DNA from: an uncultured Candidatus Rokubacteria bacterium
GTDB lineage: Bacteria > Methylomirabilota > Methylomirabilia > Rokubacteriales > DASRDR01
Length of the DNA stretch: 64,000 nt
Direction: 5' to 3'
Assembly (NCBI GenBank): GCA_963826115.1
Contig: CAWGVS010000012.1
Location: 192,001-256,000 of the forward strand
In this document: positions 49,115 through 58,302 of the stretch, piece after piece
Layout: each line of letters opens with the position of its first letter
How positions within the stretch are numbered: position 1 is the stretch's first letter
Position numbers and translations under genes: made by a program
Notes under the pieces: model-generated
Seen by the model: the letters and a program-made list of their open reading frames with translations, nothing else
Databases searched by the model: none
Told to the model about the DNA's origin: nothing

Positions 49115-51480
49115 CGCTGGCCCGAACCGGGCCCGCCGTCGAAGCGCAGCGTGAATCGCACGGCGCCCGCCACGACCGCCAGACAGCCCGGCTCGGGGCA
49201 GGACGCGGTGGGCGGCGGCGCGACCGGCTCCCCCGGGACCTCGGCGGACAGCGCGTGGCAGGCCAGGGCCGGATCCGACGCCGACCGGGCCGTCGCGTCG
49301 ACGAGGTCCACGCGGACCGCGCGACCGCGCGGGTTGGTGACCGTCGGGCCCATCCGCGGCGCGACGGCGAGCCCGGACGAGACGTGGAGGACCGTGGCCA
49401 CGACGGCGCCCCCGGGCCCGGCCGCTCGCACCTGCCCGGACGGCGTCACCGACACGGTCCAGCCGTCGTCGGCCCGGAAGGCCGCGGCGACCAGGCCCCG
49501 CACGGTGAGGCCGCGGTGGGCGCCGACGGGCCGGACCCGAGTGGCGACCACGACCGTCCGGCCCACGAACGCGTACAGGCGGTCCACGTCGGCGCCACCG
49601 TACCGGTGGCGCAGGTGGATCGTCGGTACCGGCCCGGCGACGGCCCGGAGCGCGCCACGGCCGAAGGCCGCGGCGTCGCTGACGAGCGGCAGATCCGTGA
49701 TGGCCCCCGGGCCGGCGGCGGGCGGGTGGTCGAGGATGGGCAGGAGCGCGCCGCGGCCGGCGAGCCCTAGCTGCGCGAGGCCCGCGACGCCGGTCCGATG
49801 GGTCCGGCCGCTCCAGAGGTAGGAGGGCGCGCAGCCCGAAAAGACGACGCCGTACAGGTCGTCCGTCCGGACCGCCGCGAAACCGGAGTCGTCGAGGACC
49901 CGCAGGTAGCCGGGCCGGTCCATCGGCAGCGGCGCCTCCTCGATCGGCGCCTCGTGCAACCGCGCGGCCTTCTGGAGGAGCGTCGCGACCAGCGCGTTGT
50001 ACGGCGTCTCGCAGTGGTTCCAGGCGACGCGCTCGGCGACGAGCCGGTTCATCGCGGTGGGGAGCATCCCGTCGGGCTGCTGCCAGGGCGCGAGCTGCTC
50101 GGCCAGGAGCCGCGCGCCCCGCCGGTACGCGCCGGCCTCGGCCGGATGGTAGGCGCGCAGCCGGGCGGCCGCCTCGAACGCGAGCACGGCGCTCGCCACG
50201 TGGTAGACGTTGTTCCCGCCGCGCCCGACGTAGGCGATCTCGCCGTCCGGGGTCGTGAGCGCGAGCGAGAGGGCCGCGCCCGCGAGGAACCGCCGGCACG
50301 CCTCGGGATCGTCCCGCCACGCCAGCCCCTGGGCCAGCGACGCGAGGCTGTACTGGTGGTAGGTGAGGTCGTGCGCGTCGGGATAGTGGACGTAGTTGTC
50401 CTGGATCAGACCCTCCGCGGTCTGGTCGCGCCGCACGCGCGCCAGGCACCGCTCGATCGACGCCTCGTCCTCGGTCGCCACCGCGGCGCGCGCCGCGCGC
50501 CAGTGGAATCGGAGCGCGAACACGTTGGTGGGGTTGTAGGTGCCCTCGGCGAACCGCCCGATGAGCGCTCGCGACACCGCCAGCTCGTCGGCGTCGAGCA
50601 GGCCGGCCGGCGCGAGCAGCGACTCGACCGTCTCGAGGAATGCGGGGTTCTTGAAATCCGAGTGGTGGAACGCGAACGCGGTGGCGGCGTACTGCGGGTA
50701 GACGCGACGGACAAAGGCGAGAGCGGCCCGGGCCGCCTCGAGGTACGCCGGGCCGCCTCCCTGCCGGTAGTGCCAGGCGAAGGCGTAGGCCGCGTATGCG
50801 TCCGCGTACTGGTTGCCCGCCACCTGCGGGGGCAGCCGCACGCCCTCGCTGTTCAGGTGACGGTCGTAGATGCCGCCCGCGTCGTACGCCTCGAGATCGA
50901 GCCGGCGGCCCGCCGGGTCGATCCGCCGGAGGCGCCACGTCACGCCCTCCACCTCCGAGAGCTCGAACGCAGGCAGCCGTTCGAACCGCAAGAGCCGCGC
51001 CTTCACCATCGCGCGGGCGGTTGGCCGGAACCGACGGAGCCCGGCCTTGAGCCAGGCCACGGGCCCGCCGGCCGGCGGCCGGACGCCGCGGAACCCGGGC
51101 AGGCCGCTGACCCGCCCGACAAGGTCCACGCGGAAGAGCTCGCCCTCGCTCAGCGGCCCTCGTCGCTCGCCCCGGTGCTCGCTCCACACCCGCCACGCGC
51201 CGCCCTCGGCGCGAGCAATGAGCGGGACGGAGAGTGGCTCGGCGCTGCCTCGAAGCGGCCGCGTCGTGAGCGTTCCCGAAAGCTCGCCACCGGGCCCCGG
51301 TGCCAGCGCGACGACGCTGTCCACCGTGGTCACCTGGCTCGTGAACAGGAACTCGACGAGCCGGCGGGTGAGCGGCTCGTACGCCGCGAAGCCGGCAGGA
51401 CACCCGGCTCCGGGTACGGGAGCCGTCCGGAGTTCCCGGAGCGCGGGCAGTCCCGGTGATCCGTGGCGGTCGGCGCTCAC
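49111..51480 (-). CDS. Large hypothetical protein, possible alpha/alpha-toroid + beta-sandwich carbohydrate-active enzyme (start uncertain)
   Basis: Helical region with NQY, HHSDFKN, DLTYHQYS, TPDGEIAYVGRG and QPDG repeats, followed by a beta-rich C-terminus; coupled to the GT4. Confidence 0.55.
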   Translation of the reverse strand: MSADRHGSPGLPALRELRTAPVPGAGCPAGFAAYEPLTRRLVEFLFTSQVTTVDSVVALAPGPGGELSGTLTTRPLRGSAEPLSVPLIARAEGGAWRVWSEHRGERRGPLSEGELFRVDLVGRVSGLPGFRGVRPPAGGPVAWLKAGLRRFRPTARAMVKARLLRFERLPAFELSEVEGVTWRLRRIDPAGRRLDLEAYDAGGIYDRHLNSEGVRLPPQVAGNQYADAYAAYAFAWHYRQGGGPAYLEAARAALAFVRRVYPQYAATAFAFHHSDFKNPAFLETVESLLAPAGLLDADELAVSRALIGRFAEGTYNPTNVFALRFHWRAARAAVATEDEASIERCLARVRRDQTAEGLIQDNYVHYPDAHDLTYHQYSLASLAQGLAWRDDPEACRRFLAGAALSLALTTPDGEIAYVGRGGNNVYHVASAVLAFEAAARLRAYHPAEAGAYRRGARLLAEQLAPWQQPDGMLPTAMNRLVAERVAWNHCETPYNALVATLLQKAARLHEAPIEEAPLPMDRPGYLRVLDDSGFAAVRTDDLYGVVFSGCAPSYLWSGRTHRTGVAGLAQLGLAGRGALLPILDHPPAAGPGAITDLPLVSDAAAFGRGALRAVAGPVPTIHLRHRYGGADVDRLYAFVGRTVVVATRVRPVGAHRGLTVRGLVAAAFRADDGWTVSVTPSGQVRAAGPGGAVVATVLHVSSGLAVAPRMGPTVTNPRGRAVRVDLVDATARSASDPALACHALSAEVPGEPVAPPPTASCPEPGCLAVVAGAVRFTLRFDGGPGSGQR

Positions 51481-51666
51481 GGGAGGCGGATCAGCGGCCC
51501 GACCTCGCCGCGCGTCGCTGTCCCCGCAACGAACCGCGCGTGGCCAGGGGGAGGAGGAGGTCGCGGGCGCGAGCGGCGGCGCGGCCGGGCGGCGAGCATG
51601 CCCTACTCTACCGCCGCCCCGGGACGCGTTTCGAGCCGTCCGGTCGCCGTCGGCTAGACTGGATAC

Positions 51667-52113
51667 ATGCGATCCACGTGGCGCGGCACCCGCGGGGGTG
51701 GCGGCACGGCCCTCCTGCTCGCGCTGGTCCTCGCCGCCCCCGTCCTGGCCCAGCAGCGAGCTGAAATCCGCGTGAAGGTCGTCGGGCTCCGATCCGATCA
51801 GGGCGAGCTCCGGTTCGCCCTGTACGACAAGAAGGCGACCTTCGCCACGAAGGACGGTCCCCTCGTGAGGGGCGCGCACCCGATCCGGAACGGGCGGTGC
51901 GAGTTCGTGATCCCGGACGTGCCGTACGGCAGCTACGCCGTCATCGTCGGCCACGACGTGAACCACGACGGCAAGATCGACGAGAACCCCTTCTCGTCGG
52001 AGCTCAAAGGCATCTCGAACTACACGGGCAAGATTCTCTGGTTTCCGGACTTCGACAAGGCGCGGTTCCCGGTCGACCGCCCGTCGGTCACGATCGAGAT
52101 CCGGGTCTACTAG
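51667..52113 (+). CDS. DUF2141 family secreted protein
   Basis: Signal peptide, GLRSDQG.LRFALY, GSYAV..GHDVNHDGKID and PDFDKARF. Confidence 0.85.
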   Translation: MRSTWRGTRGGGGTALLLALVLAAPVLAQQRAEIRVKVVGLRSDQGELRFALYDKKATFATKDGPLVRGAHPIRNGRCEFVIPDVPYGSYAVIVGHDVNHDGKIDENPFSSELKGISNYTGKILWFPDFDKARFPVDRPSVTIEIRVY

Positions 52114-52219
52114 CTCGCGCGCGGGGCGGCCGGGCCGGCCGGCGCCCGGATGACGGGCCGAGTCGGCGATGCTAGGATCGGGCCGTCATTCGACCGCCCG
52201 CCCGCAGGAGGACGTGCCG

Positions 52220-53092
52220 ATGGCTCTTCGGTTCCGCCCGCTTCATCCCACGTTCGTCGCCGAGGTCAGCCCCGTCGACCTGCGTCAGGTCCACGACGCG
52301 GAGACGCTGGCGGAGATCCGGGGCGGCATGGACGCGTACGCGATCCTCGTCTTCCGGAACCAGCCGTTCACCGACGACGAGCAGCTCGCCTTCGCGCAGC
52401 GGCTGGACGGGCAGCTCCACACGAAGACGGGGACCGCCGCGCTCGGGCTGAACCGCCTCGGCAACGACGCCCTCGTCGACATCTCGAACCTGGATGCGCG
52501 GGGAGAGATCACGGCGTCGGACAACCGGCGGCGCGTCTACGCTCTCGGAAACCGGCTCTGGCACACCGACGCGTCCTTCCAGGACCCGGCGGGACGGTAC
52601 TCCATGCTGTCGGCCAAGGTGATCCCGCCGGTCGGCGCCGACACCGAGTACGCGGACATGCGGGGCGCCTACGACGCGCTGCCCCCCGAGACCAAGGCGC
52701 GCCTCGAGGGCCTGCGCGTCCACCACTCGATCGCGTACTCGCGCCAGACGCTCGGCTTCGAGTTCTCCCCGGATGAAGCGGGCCGGCTGGAGGGCGCGAT
52801 CCACCCGCTGGTGCGCGTCCTGCCGCGCTCGGGGCGCCGCTCGCTCTACCTCGCGTCCCACGCCTCGCGGATCGTCGACTGGCCGCTTCCCGAAGGCCGG
52901 CTCCTGCTCCGTGACCTCACCGAGCACGCGACGCAGCCCCAGTTCGTCTACCGGCACCACTGGGCCGTGGGCGACCTGGTGATCTGGGACAACCGGGCCA
53001 CCATGCACCGGGCGCGGCCGTTCGACGACATGACGCACCCGCGCGAGCTCCGCCGCGTCACGACGCTCGACGTCGAGCCCGCCGCGCGCTGA
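52220..53092 (+). CDS. TauD/TfdA family Fe(II)/2-oxoglutarate dioxygenase
   Basis: DISNLD, NRLWHTDASF, SLYLASHA and IWDNRATMHRA. Confidence 0.92.
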   Translation: MALRFRPLHPTFVAEVSPVDLRQVHDAETLAEIRGGMDAYAILVFRNQPFTDDEQLAFAQRLDGQLHTKTGTAALGLNRLGNDALVDISNLDARGEITASDNRRRVYALGNRLWHTDASFQDPAGRYSMLSAKVIPPVGADTEYADMRGAYDALPPETKARLEGLRVHHSIAYSRQTLGFEFSPDEAGRLEGAIHPLVRVLPRSGRRSLYLASHASRIVDWPLPEGRLLLRDLTEHATQPQFVYRHHWAVGDLVIWDNRATMHRARPFDDMTHPRELRRVTTLDVEPAAR

Positions 53093-53124
53093 CCCGCGGC
53101 GCGCCGGGACCGGGCGCCCTGCGC

Positions 53125-54393
53125 CTAGCGGGTGAGGTAGGGGATGGTCATCGGCCCTTCGGGGAGCACGGCCACCGGCGCGTCGGACCCGACCTGCCGG
53201 AGCTCCTCGGCGAGGCGCGCCCCCACGTCGGCGACCGGCTCGACGTGCGCGCGGCGGAGCTCCTCCGCGGGCATCTCGCTGTAGAGCCCCGCCCGGGCCC
53301 GGACGAGGATCATCGCCAGCACCTGGGCCTCCCACTGGTCGAACATCGAGAAGCCCGGCGTCAGCACGGTGTCGAGGATCGCCTGCGGCGTCCGGTGCTC
53401 GACGAGCAGCTTCCGGAAGTTCCCGTGCGCCGGGAAGCCGTCGTTACAGCGGGCGGCCGTCAGGATGTACCCGCCGTCCTGGACCACCTGCGCCCCCGCC
53501 GACATCCCCTTCACCGTCTGGTAGAGGTTCTGGTCCAGCGGGTAGCCGCCGTTCGTCGTGACCACGATCGGGAACGCCCGGTCGCAGCCGACCATGGCGC
53601 TCTCGCGGGCGGCGGCGCAGCCCTCCTCGTGCGCCACGATCGGGTCCCCGCAGTAGAAGCCGGTGATCGCGCGGTCGCGGTTGAGGGTGATGTTGACGCA
53701 GAAGTCGAGCGGCAGGAGCGCGCCGTTTGTCCGGATCTGCGCCTGCGTCGGGTTGCCGTCGAGCACGCCCCAGGTCGACCGCGGGTCGGCGATGACCGCG
53801 GCCCGGTGGTAGTGCGTGATCGAGTCGATGTCCGCCAGCGCGGGGAAGATTCCCTTGTAGCCGCCGGAGAACCCGGCCATGAAGTGCGGCTCGATGAAAC
53901 CGACGACGATCCGGCGGTCCGCTTCCACGTACGCCCGGTTGAGGAAGACGGGACGGCCGTCCGGCGCCGCGCCGGCCGGCGCGAGCGCCGACGCGTCGTG
54001 GGCCGCGTGGTTGACGATGCGGTACGCCGCGGCCACCTCAGGCCCGACCATCCGCGCGAGCTCGGCCGGCGTGTTGGGCCGGTGCGAGCCCGTGCCGTTG
54101 ATGATGGTGACGCGCCGGGCCGGGACGTGGGCGAGCTCCGCGAAGAGCCACGGCAGGAGCCGGTCCGACGGCATGGGGCGCGTGATGTCCGGGATCACGA
54201 CCGCGACCCGGTCCTCCGGGCCGACGAGCTCCCGCAGCGGGCGCGTCCCGATCGGCCGGCGCACCGCGGCGCGGAAGGCGGCCGCCTCGTCGCGCAGCCC
54301 GGGCACGTAGCGAGGCTCGATCACGGTGAGGTCCGCCGCGTCGGTGTCGAAGGCGAGGCCGTCCGTGCCGTACTGGAGGCGCAGCCGCCGCAT
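53125..54393 (-). CDS. larA: Nickel-pincer-dependent lactate racemase (LarA) family protein
   Basis: PDITRP, GTGSHR, FIEPHFMAGFSGGYK, YPLDQNLYQTVKG and LPEGP. Confidence 0.85.
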   Translation of the reverse strand: MRRLRLQYGTDGLAFDTDAADLTVIEPRYVPGLRDEAAAFRAAVRRPIGTRPLRELVGPEDRVAVVIPDITRPMPSDRLLPWLFAELAHVPARRVTIINGTGSHRPNTPAELARMVGPEVAAAYRIVNHAAHDASALAPAGAAPDGRPVFLNRAYVEADRRIVVGFIEPHFMAGFSGGYKGIFPALADIDSITHYHRAAVIADPRSTWGVLDGNPTQAQIRTNGALLPLDFCVNITLNRDRAITGFYCGDPIVAHEEGCAAARESAMVGCDRAFPIVVTTNGGYPLDQNLYQTVKGMSAGAQVVQDGGYILTAARCNDGFPAHGNFRKLLVEHRTPQAILDTVLTPGFSMFDQWEAQVLAMILVRARAGLYSEMPAEELRRAHVEPVADVGARLAEELRQVGSDAPVAVLPEGPMTIPYLTR

Positions 54394-54399
54394 GGGCCG

Positions 54400-54451
54400 A
54401 TGATAGCGCACCCGGGGGCCCGGACGCCGCCGCGAGCCGCCATGCTAGAGT
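54400..54451. promoter_or_regulatory. Divergent -10 elements directly upstream of start codons (putative leaderless transcripts)
   Basis: Minus-strand TATCAT (54405-54400) lies 6 nt before the larA ATG. Plus-strand TG-c-TAGAGT (54443-54451) lies 8 nt before GTG 54460. Neither has an SD sequence. Confidence 0.5.
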
Positions 54452-54459
54452 CGCCGCAC

Positions 54460-56829
54460 GTGCTCTCGTCATCGCGCCGGGACGCCGCGATCCGCCCCGC
54501 CCGCCGACGGACCGGGCGCCGCCGCTGGCTCGCGCCCGCGCTCGCCGCCCTGGCTCTGGTGGCCGGGTGCCAGCCCGCCGACCAGGCCACGAAGGCCCCG
54601 CCCGCCGCCGCCCCGACCTTCGTGGGGAGCGCGCAGTGCGCGACGTGTCATCCCGACCAGATGGCCGCCTTCCGCGAGTCGGACCACGCCCGTGCCATGC
54701 AGGCCGCCAGCGCCGAGACGGTCCTCGGCAACTTCGACCAGGCGACCGTCAGCCACCGGGGCGTCACGTCGACGTTCTTCCGCCGTGACGGGAAGTTCAT
54801 GGTCCGAACCGACGGGCCGGACGGCAAGCCCGGCGAGTTCGAGATCACCTACACCTTCGGCGTCAGGCCGCTCCAGCAGTACCTGGTCCCGCGCCCCGAC
54901 GGACGCCTCCAGGCGCTCGGGCTCGCGTGGGATGCGCGGCCGCGCGCCCAGGGCGGCCAGCGGTGGTTCTCGCTCTATCCCGACGTGACGCTGCGGGGCG
55001 GCGATCCGCTCCACTGGACCGGGCGCGACCAGACGTGGAACTTCCAGTGCGCCGAGTGCCACTCCACCGATCTCCGGAAGCGCTTCGATCTCACGAAGAA
55101 CCGCTACGACACCACCTGGGCGGAGCTGACGGTCTCCTGCGAGGAGTGTCACGGCCCCGGCTCCGCCCACGTCGCCTGGGCCCAGGCGCGGCCGGCCGGC
55201 GCCCCCCGCGCGGCGACGGGAACGACGGGCCTCGTCGCGCGCCTCGGCCGGGGCGACGGCGCCTGGGTCATGAAGGACCCTCAGCGCGGCATCGCCGAAT
55301 GGACGGGGCCGGCCCGGTCCTCGGCGGAGGTCGACGTATGCGCGCGCTGCCACGCGCGCCGCCGGCCGATCGTGGACCCGCACCCCTACGGGCGCCCGTT
55401 CCTCGACACCCACGTGCCGGCGCTCCTCGACGCGCGGCTCTACCACCCCGACGGGCAGATCCTCGGCGAGGTCTACGAGTGGGGCTCGTTCCTCCAGAGC
55501 CGCATGCACCGCGCGGGAGTCACCTGCTCCGACTGCCACGAGCCGCATCGCGGGACGCTCCGGGCGCCCGGCAACGCCGTCTGCGCCCAGTGCCACCTCC
55601 CGGCGAGGTTCGACGCGGCGGCGCACCATCACCACGCGCCGGGAACCGAGGCGGCCCAGTGCGTCAGCTGTCACATGCCCGCGCGCACGTACATGGTGGT
55701 GGACCCGCGCCGCGACCACAGTCTCCGGATCCCGCGGCCCGACCTGTCGGCGGCGCTCGGGACGCCGAACGCCTGCACGGGCTGTCACCGGGACCGCGCG
55801 CCGCAGTGGGCAGCCGACCGCATCGCCGCATGGGGCGGCGCGCCGCGCGCCGCCGGGACGGCCGTCGCCCGGACCCTCGATGCCGCGCGGCGCGGGGCGA
55901 GCGACGCCGCGCCCCAGCTGATCGCGCTCGCCAGCGACCGCGACCAGGCGGGGATCGTGCGCGCGACGGCGCTCGCGCACTTCCCGGACTTCGCGACGCC
56001 CGGCATGGCCGCGGTCGTCGAGGGCGCGCTCCGCGACGCGGATCCCGTGGTCCGCCTGGGGGCGGTCCGGGCCACCGACGCGCTCCCGCCGGAGCGGCGA
56101 GGCGCGCTCCTCGGGCCACTCCTCCGGGATCCGATCCGGGGCGTGCGGATCGCCGCGGCCCAGGGACTCGCGGGCGGGGGCCTCGCGGCGCTCCCCGTCG
56201 AGCAGCGCCCGGACTTCGATCGCGTCCTGGCGGAGCTCGTCCAGTCCGAGCTGGTCAACGCCGACCGGCCCGAGGCGCACATGAACCTTGCCAACCTCTA
56301 CGGGCGGATCGGGCGGCCCGCCGAGGCGGAGTCCGAGCTCCGGACGGCCCTGTGGCTCGACCCGTCGTTCGTCCCCGCGATGGTGAACCTCGCCGACCTC
56401 CTGCGCGCCGCGGGGCGCGACGCGGACGGCGAGCGGTTCCTCGAGCAGGCGCTCCGCGCGGCGCCGGACCACGCGGAGGCGCTCCACGCGCTCGGGCTCC
56501 TCCGCGTGCGGCAGAACCGGCTCCCCGACGCGGTCGACTTCCTCCGGCGGGCCGCCCGCGCGCGGCCGGACGTCCCGCGCTTCGCCTACGTGTACGCGGT
56601 CGCGCTCCACGACACCGGCCGGGCCGGCGACGCCATCGGGGTCCTGGAGAGCGCCCACCGCCAGCGCCCGGCGGACCGCGACGTCCTCGCGGCCCTCGCC
56701 ACGTACGTGGGCGAGCGCGGCGACACGAAGCGGGCGCTCGGGTACGCCGAGCAGCTCCTGGCCCTCGACCCGGCCGACGCCGCCGCGCAGCGGCTCGTCG
56801 AGACGCTCCGCCGCCGCGCCGGTGGCTAG
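54460..56829 (+). CDS. Octaheme cytochrome c lipoprotein with HEAT and TPR repeats
   Basis: Lipobox LVAGC; eight CxxCH motifs (CATCH, CAECH, CEECH, CARCH, CSDCH, CAQCH, CVSCH, CTGCH); C-terminal HEAT/TPR repeats. Confidence 0.9.
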   Translation: MLSSSRRDAAIRPARRRTGRRRWLAPALAALALVAGCQPADQATKAPPAAAPTFVGSAQCATCHPDQMAAFRESDHARAMQAASAETVLGNFDQATVSHRGVTSTFFRRDGKFMVRTDGPDGKPGEFEITYTFGVRPLQQYLVPRPDGRLQALGLAWDARPRAQGGQRWFSLYPDVTLRGGDPLHWTGRDQTWNFQCAECHSTDLRKRFDLTKNRYDTTWAELTVSCEECHGPGSAHVAWAQARPAGAPRAATGTTGLVARLGRGDGAWVMKDPQRGIAEWTGPARSSAEVDVCARCHARRRPIVDPHPYGRPFLDTHVPALLDARLYHPDGQILGEVYEWGSFLQSRMHRAGVTCSDCHEPHRGTLRAPGNAVCAQCHLPARFDAAAHHHHAPGTEAAQCVSCHMPARTYMVVDPRRDHSLRIPRPDLSAALGTPNACTGCHRDRAPQWAADRIAAWGGAPRAAGTAVARTLDAARRGASDAAPQLIALASDRDQAGIVRATALAHFPDFATPGMAAVVEGALRDADPVVRLGAVRATDALPPERRGALLGPLLRDPIRGVRIAAAQGLAGGGLAALPVEQRPDFDRVLAELVQSELVNADRPEAHMNLANLYGRIGRPAEAESELRTALWLDPSFVPAMVNLADLLRAAGRDADGERFLEQALRAAPDHAEALHALGLLRVRQNRLPDAVDFLRRAARARPDVPRFAYVYAVALHDTGRAGDAIGVLESAHRQRPADRDVLAALATYVGERGDTKRALGYAEQLLALDPADAAAQRLVETLRRRAGG

Positions 56830-56886
56830 CCGGCCCGCGGGCGCGGCCTTCCCAGCCGCCGGACCCGTGCGCTAGGATTCGGCGTC

Positions 56887-57723
56887 ATGGCCGCGCCGCC
56901 GGGTCCGGACATCTCCGCCCGCGAGATCGAGCGCTATCACGCGGCCGCGCTGGAGCTCGCCGACGAGGCGCGGCGGATCGTCGGGCCCGCGGTCCAGCGC
57001 GGCCTCCAGGTCGAGACGAAGCGCGACCGCTCGCTGGTCACCGACGTGGACCGCGCGGTCGAGCGGTGCTGGCGCGACCGGCTCGAGCGCTGGTTCCCGG
57101 ACCACGGCGCGCTCGGCGAGGAGTATCCGCCCGCGCGCCCGACGAGCCCGTTCCAGTGGATCATGGACCCGATCGACGGAACCGAGGAGTTCGTCCACGG
57201 CATCCCGACGTTCGGGACCATGCTGGCCCTCCACCACCGCGGCGTGCCCCTGGTCGGGGTCATCGACCATCCGGCGCTCGACATCCGCGTGCACGCGGCG
57301 GTCGGCCTCGGCACTCACCGGAACAGCCGGCGGGTCCGCCTCGACGAGGCCCCGGCCGCGGCGCGGCCCGAGGACGTGCGGCTCGTGCTGAGCGCGCGGG
57401 TCAACTTCACCCGCCACGTCGACGAGGGGCCGCTCTTCGAAGCGCTCACCGAGACCTACCCGAATCACCGGATCTACCGGGCGGCCTACGCCCATACCGC
57501 CGCCGTCAGCGGGGCCGCCGACGCCATGGTGGACATGCACAACCAGGTGTGGGACCTCGCCCCGAGCCAGGTGCTCGCCGAGGAGGCCGGCGGCCGCTAC
57601 GTCGTCGTGCGCGACTTCGCGGCGCCCGAGGGCCGCATCCTGAGCGCCGTCTTCGGCCGCCCGGCGGTCGTGGACCGCGTGGTCGCCCTCTGCCGCGACC
57701 ACGGCGCGCGGGAGGCGCGCTAG
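56887..57723 (+). CDS. Inositol monophosphatase family (histidinol-phosphate phosphatase-like)
   Basis: SLVTDVD, LGEE, WIMDPIDGT and WDLAP..VLAEEAGG. Confidence 0.9.
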   Translation: MAAPPGPDISAREIERYHAAALELADEARRIVGPAVQRGLQVETKRDRSLVTDVDRAVERCWRDRLERWFPDHGALGEEYPPARPTSPFQWIMDPIDGTEEFVHGIPTFGTMLALHHRGVPLVGVIDHPALDIRVHAAVGLGTHRNSRRVRLDEAPAAARPEDVRLVLSARVNFTRHVDEGPLFEALTETYPNHRIYRAAYAHTAAVSGAADAMVDMHNQVWDLAPSQVLAEEAGGRYVVVRDFAAPEGRILSAVFGRPAVVDRVVALCRDHGAREAR

Positions 57724-57725
57724 CG

Positions 57726-58274
57726 ATGCGCCTCGCGAGCGCCGGGCGCCGGGCGGTGGCGGGCGGGAGCCTCCTCCTCGCCCTGTCGGGCTGTGTGCTC
57801 CCCCTGCCCGAGAGCGACGGCTCGTCGGCCTCGTCGTCCCCGTCGGTCTACCCGGGGGCCGGCAGCGGCTACACGAGCGTGTTCGGGGGCAACGAGCGTG
57901 TCGAGTACCGCGGCGAGCTCCCCTCCGGCACCTACACGGAGAGCTGCCGCGACATGCGGGTCGACCGCGACCGCCTCCGGCTCGAGGCGGAGTGCAAGCG
58001 GCGCGACGGGCGCTGGCGCGACACCCGGCTGGACCTCCGCGAGTGCGACCGGGGCATCCTGAACGTGGACGGCTGGCTCACGTGCCCCCGGCAGCAGACG
58101 GTGCGGCTGCCCGCCGGCAGCTACCGCGAGAGCTGCCGCGACTTCTCGGTGGAGAACCGCCGCCTCGAGGCGCGCTGCCGGAAGAAGAACGGCGAGTGGC
58201 GGGACACCGAGATCGACTTCTCGCGATGCAAGAACCCCATCCGGAACGACGACGGCCGCCTCGTCTGCGGCTGA
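57726..58274 (+). CDS. Lipoprotein with two CVNH (cyanovirin-N-like) repeats
   Basis: Lipobox LSGC; twice P.G(T/S)Y.ESCRD...LEA.C....G.WRDT..D...C...I.N.DG.L.C. Confidence 0.8.
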   Translation: MRLASAGRRAVAGGSLLLALSGCVLPLPESDGSSASSSPSVYPGAGSGYTSVFGGNERVEYRGELPSGTYTESCRDMRVDRDRLRLEAECKRRDGRWRDTRLDLRECDRGILNVDGWLTCPRQQTVRLPAGSYRESCRDFSVENRRLEARCRKKNGEWRDTEIDFSRCKNPIRNDDGRLVCG

Positions 58275-58302
58275 CGTCCCGCCCCGCGCGAGCTGCCCGC
58301 GG

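Noticed and set aside
51477-51599. 40-codon minus-strand ORF coupled to the toroid-like gene
   Set aside because: Low-complexity Arg/Pro sequence with no recognisable features; cannot be supported.
44125-58274. Long extensions of ORFs 44125..45723, 45745..47973, 46638..49076, 47771..51403, 53245..56829 and 54927..58274
   Set aside because: Off-frame or antisense read-through of neighbouring genes in very GC-rich DNA; real starts lie near their 3' ends.
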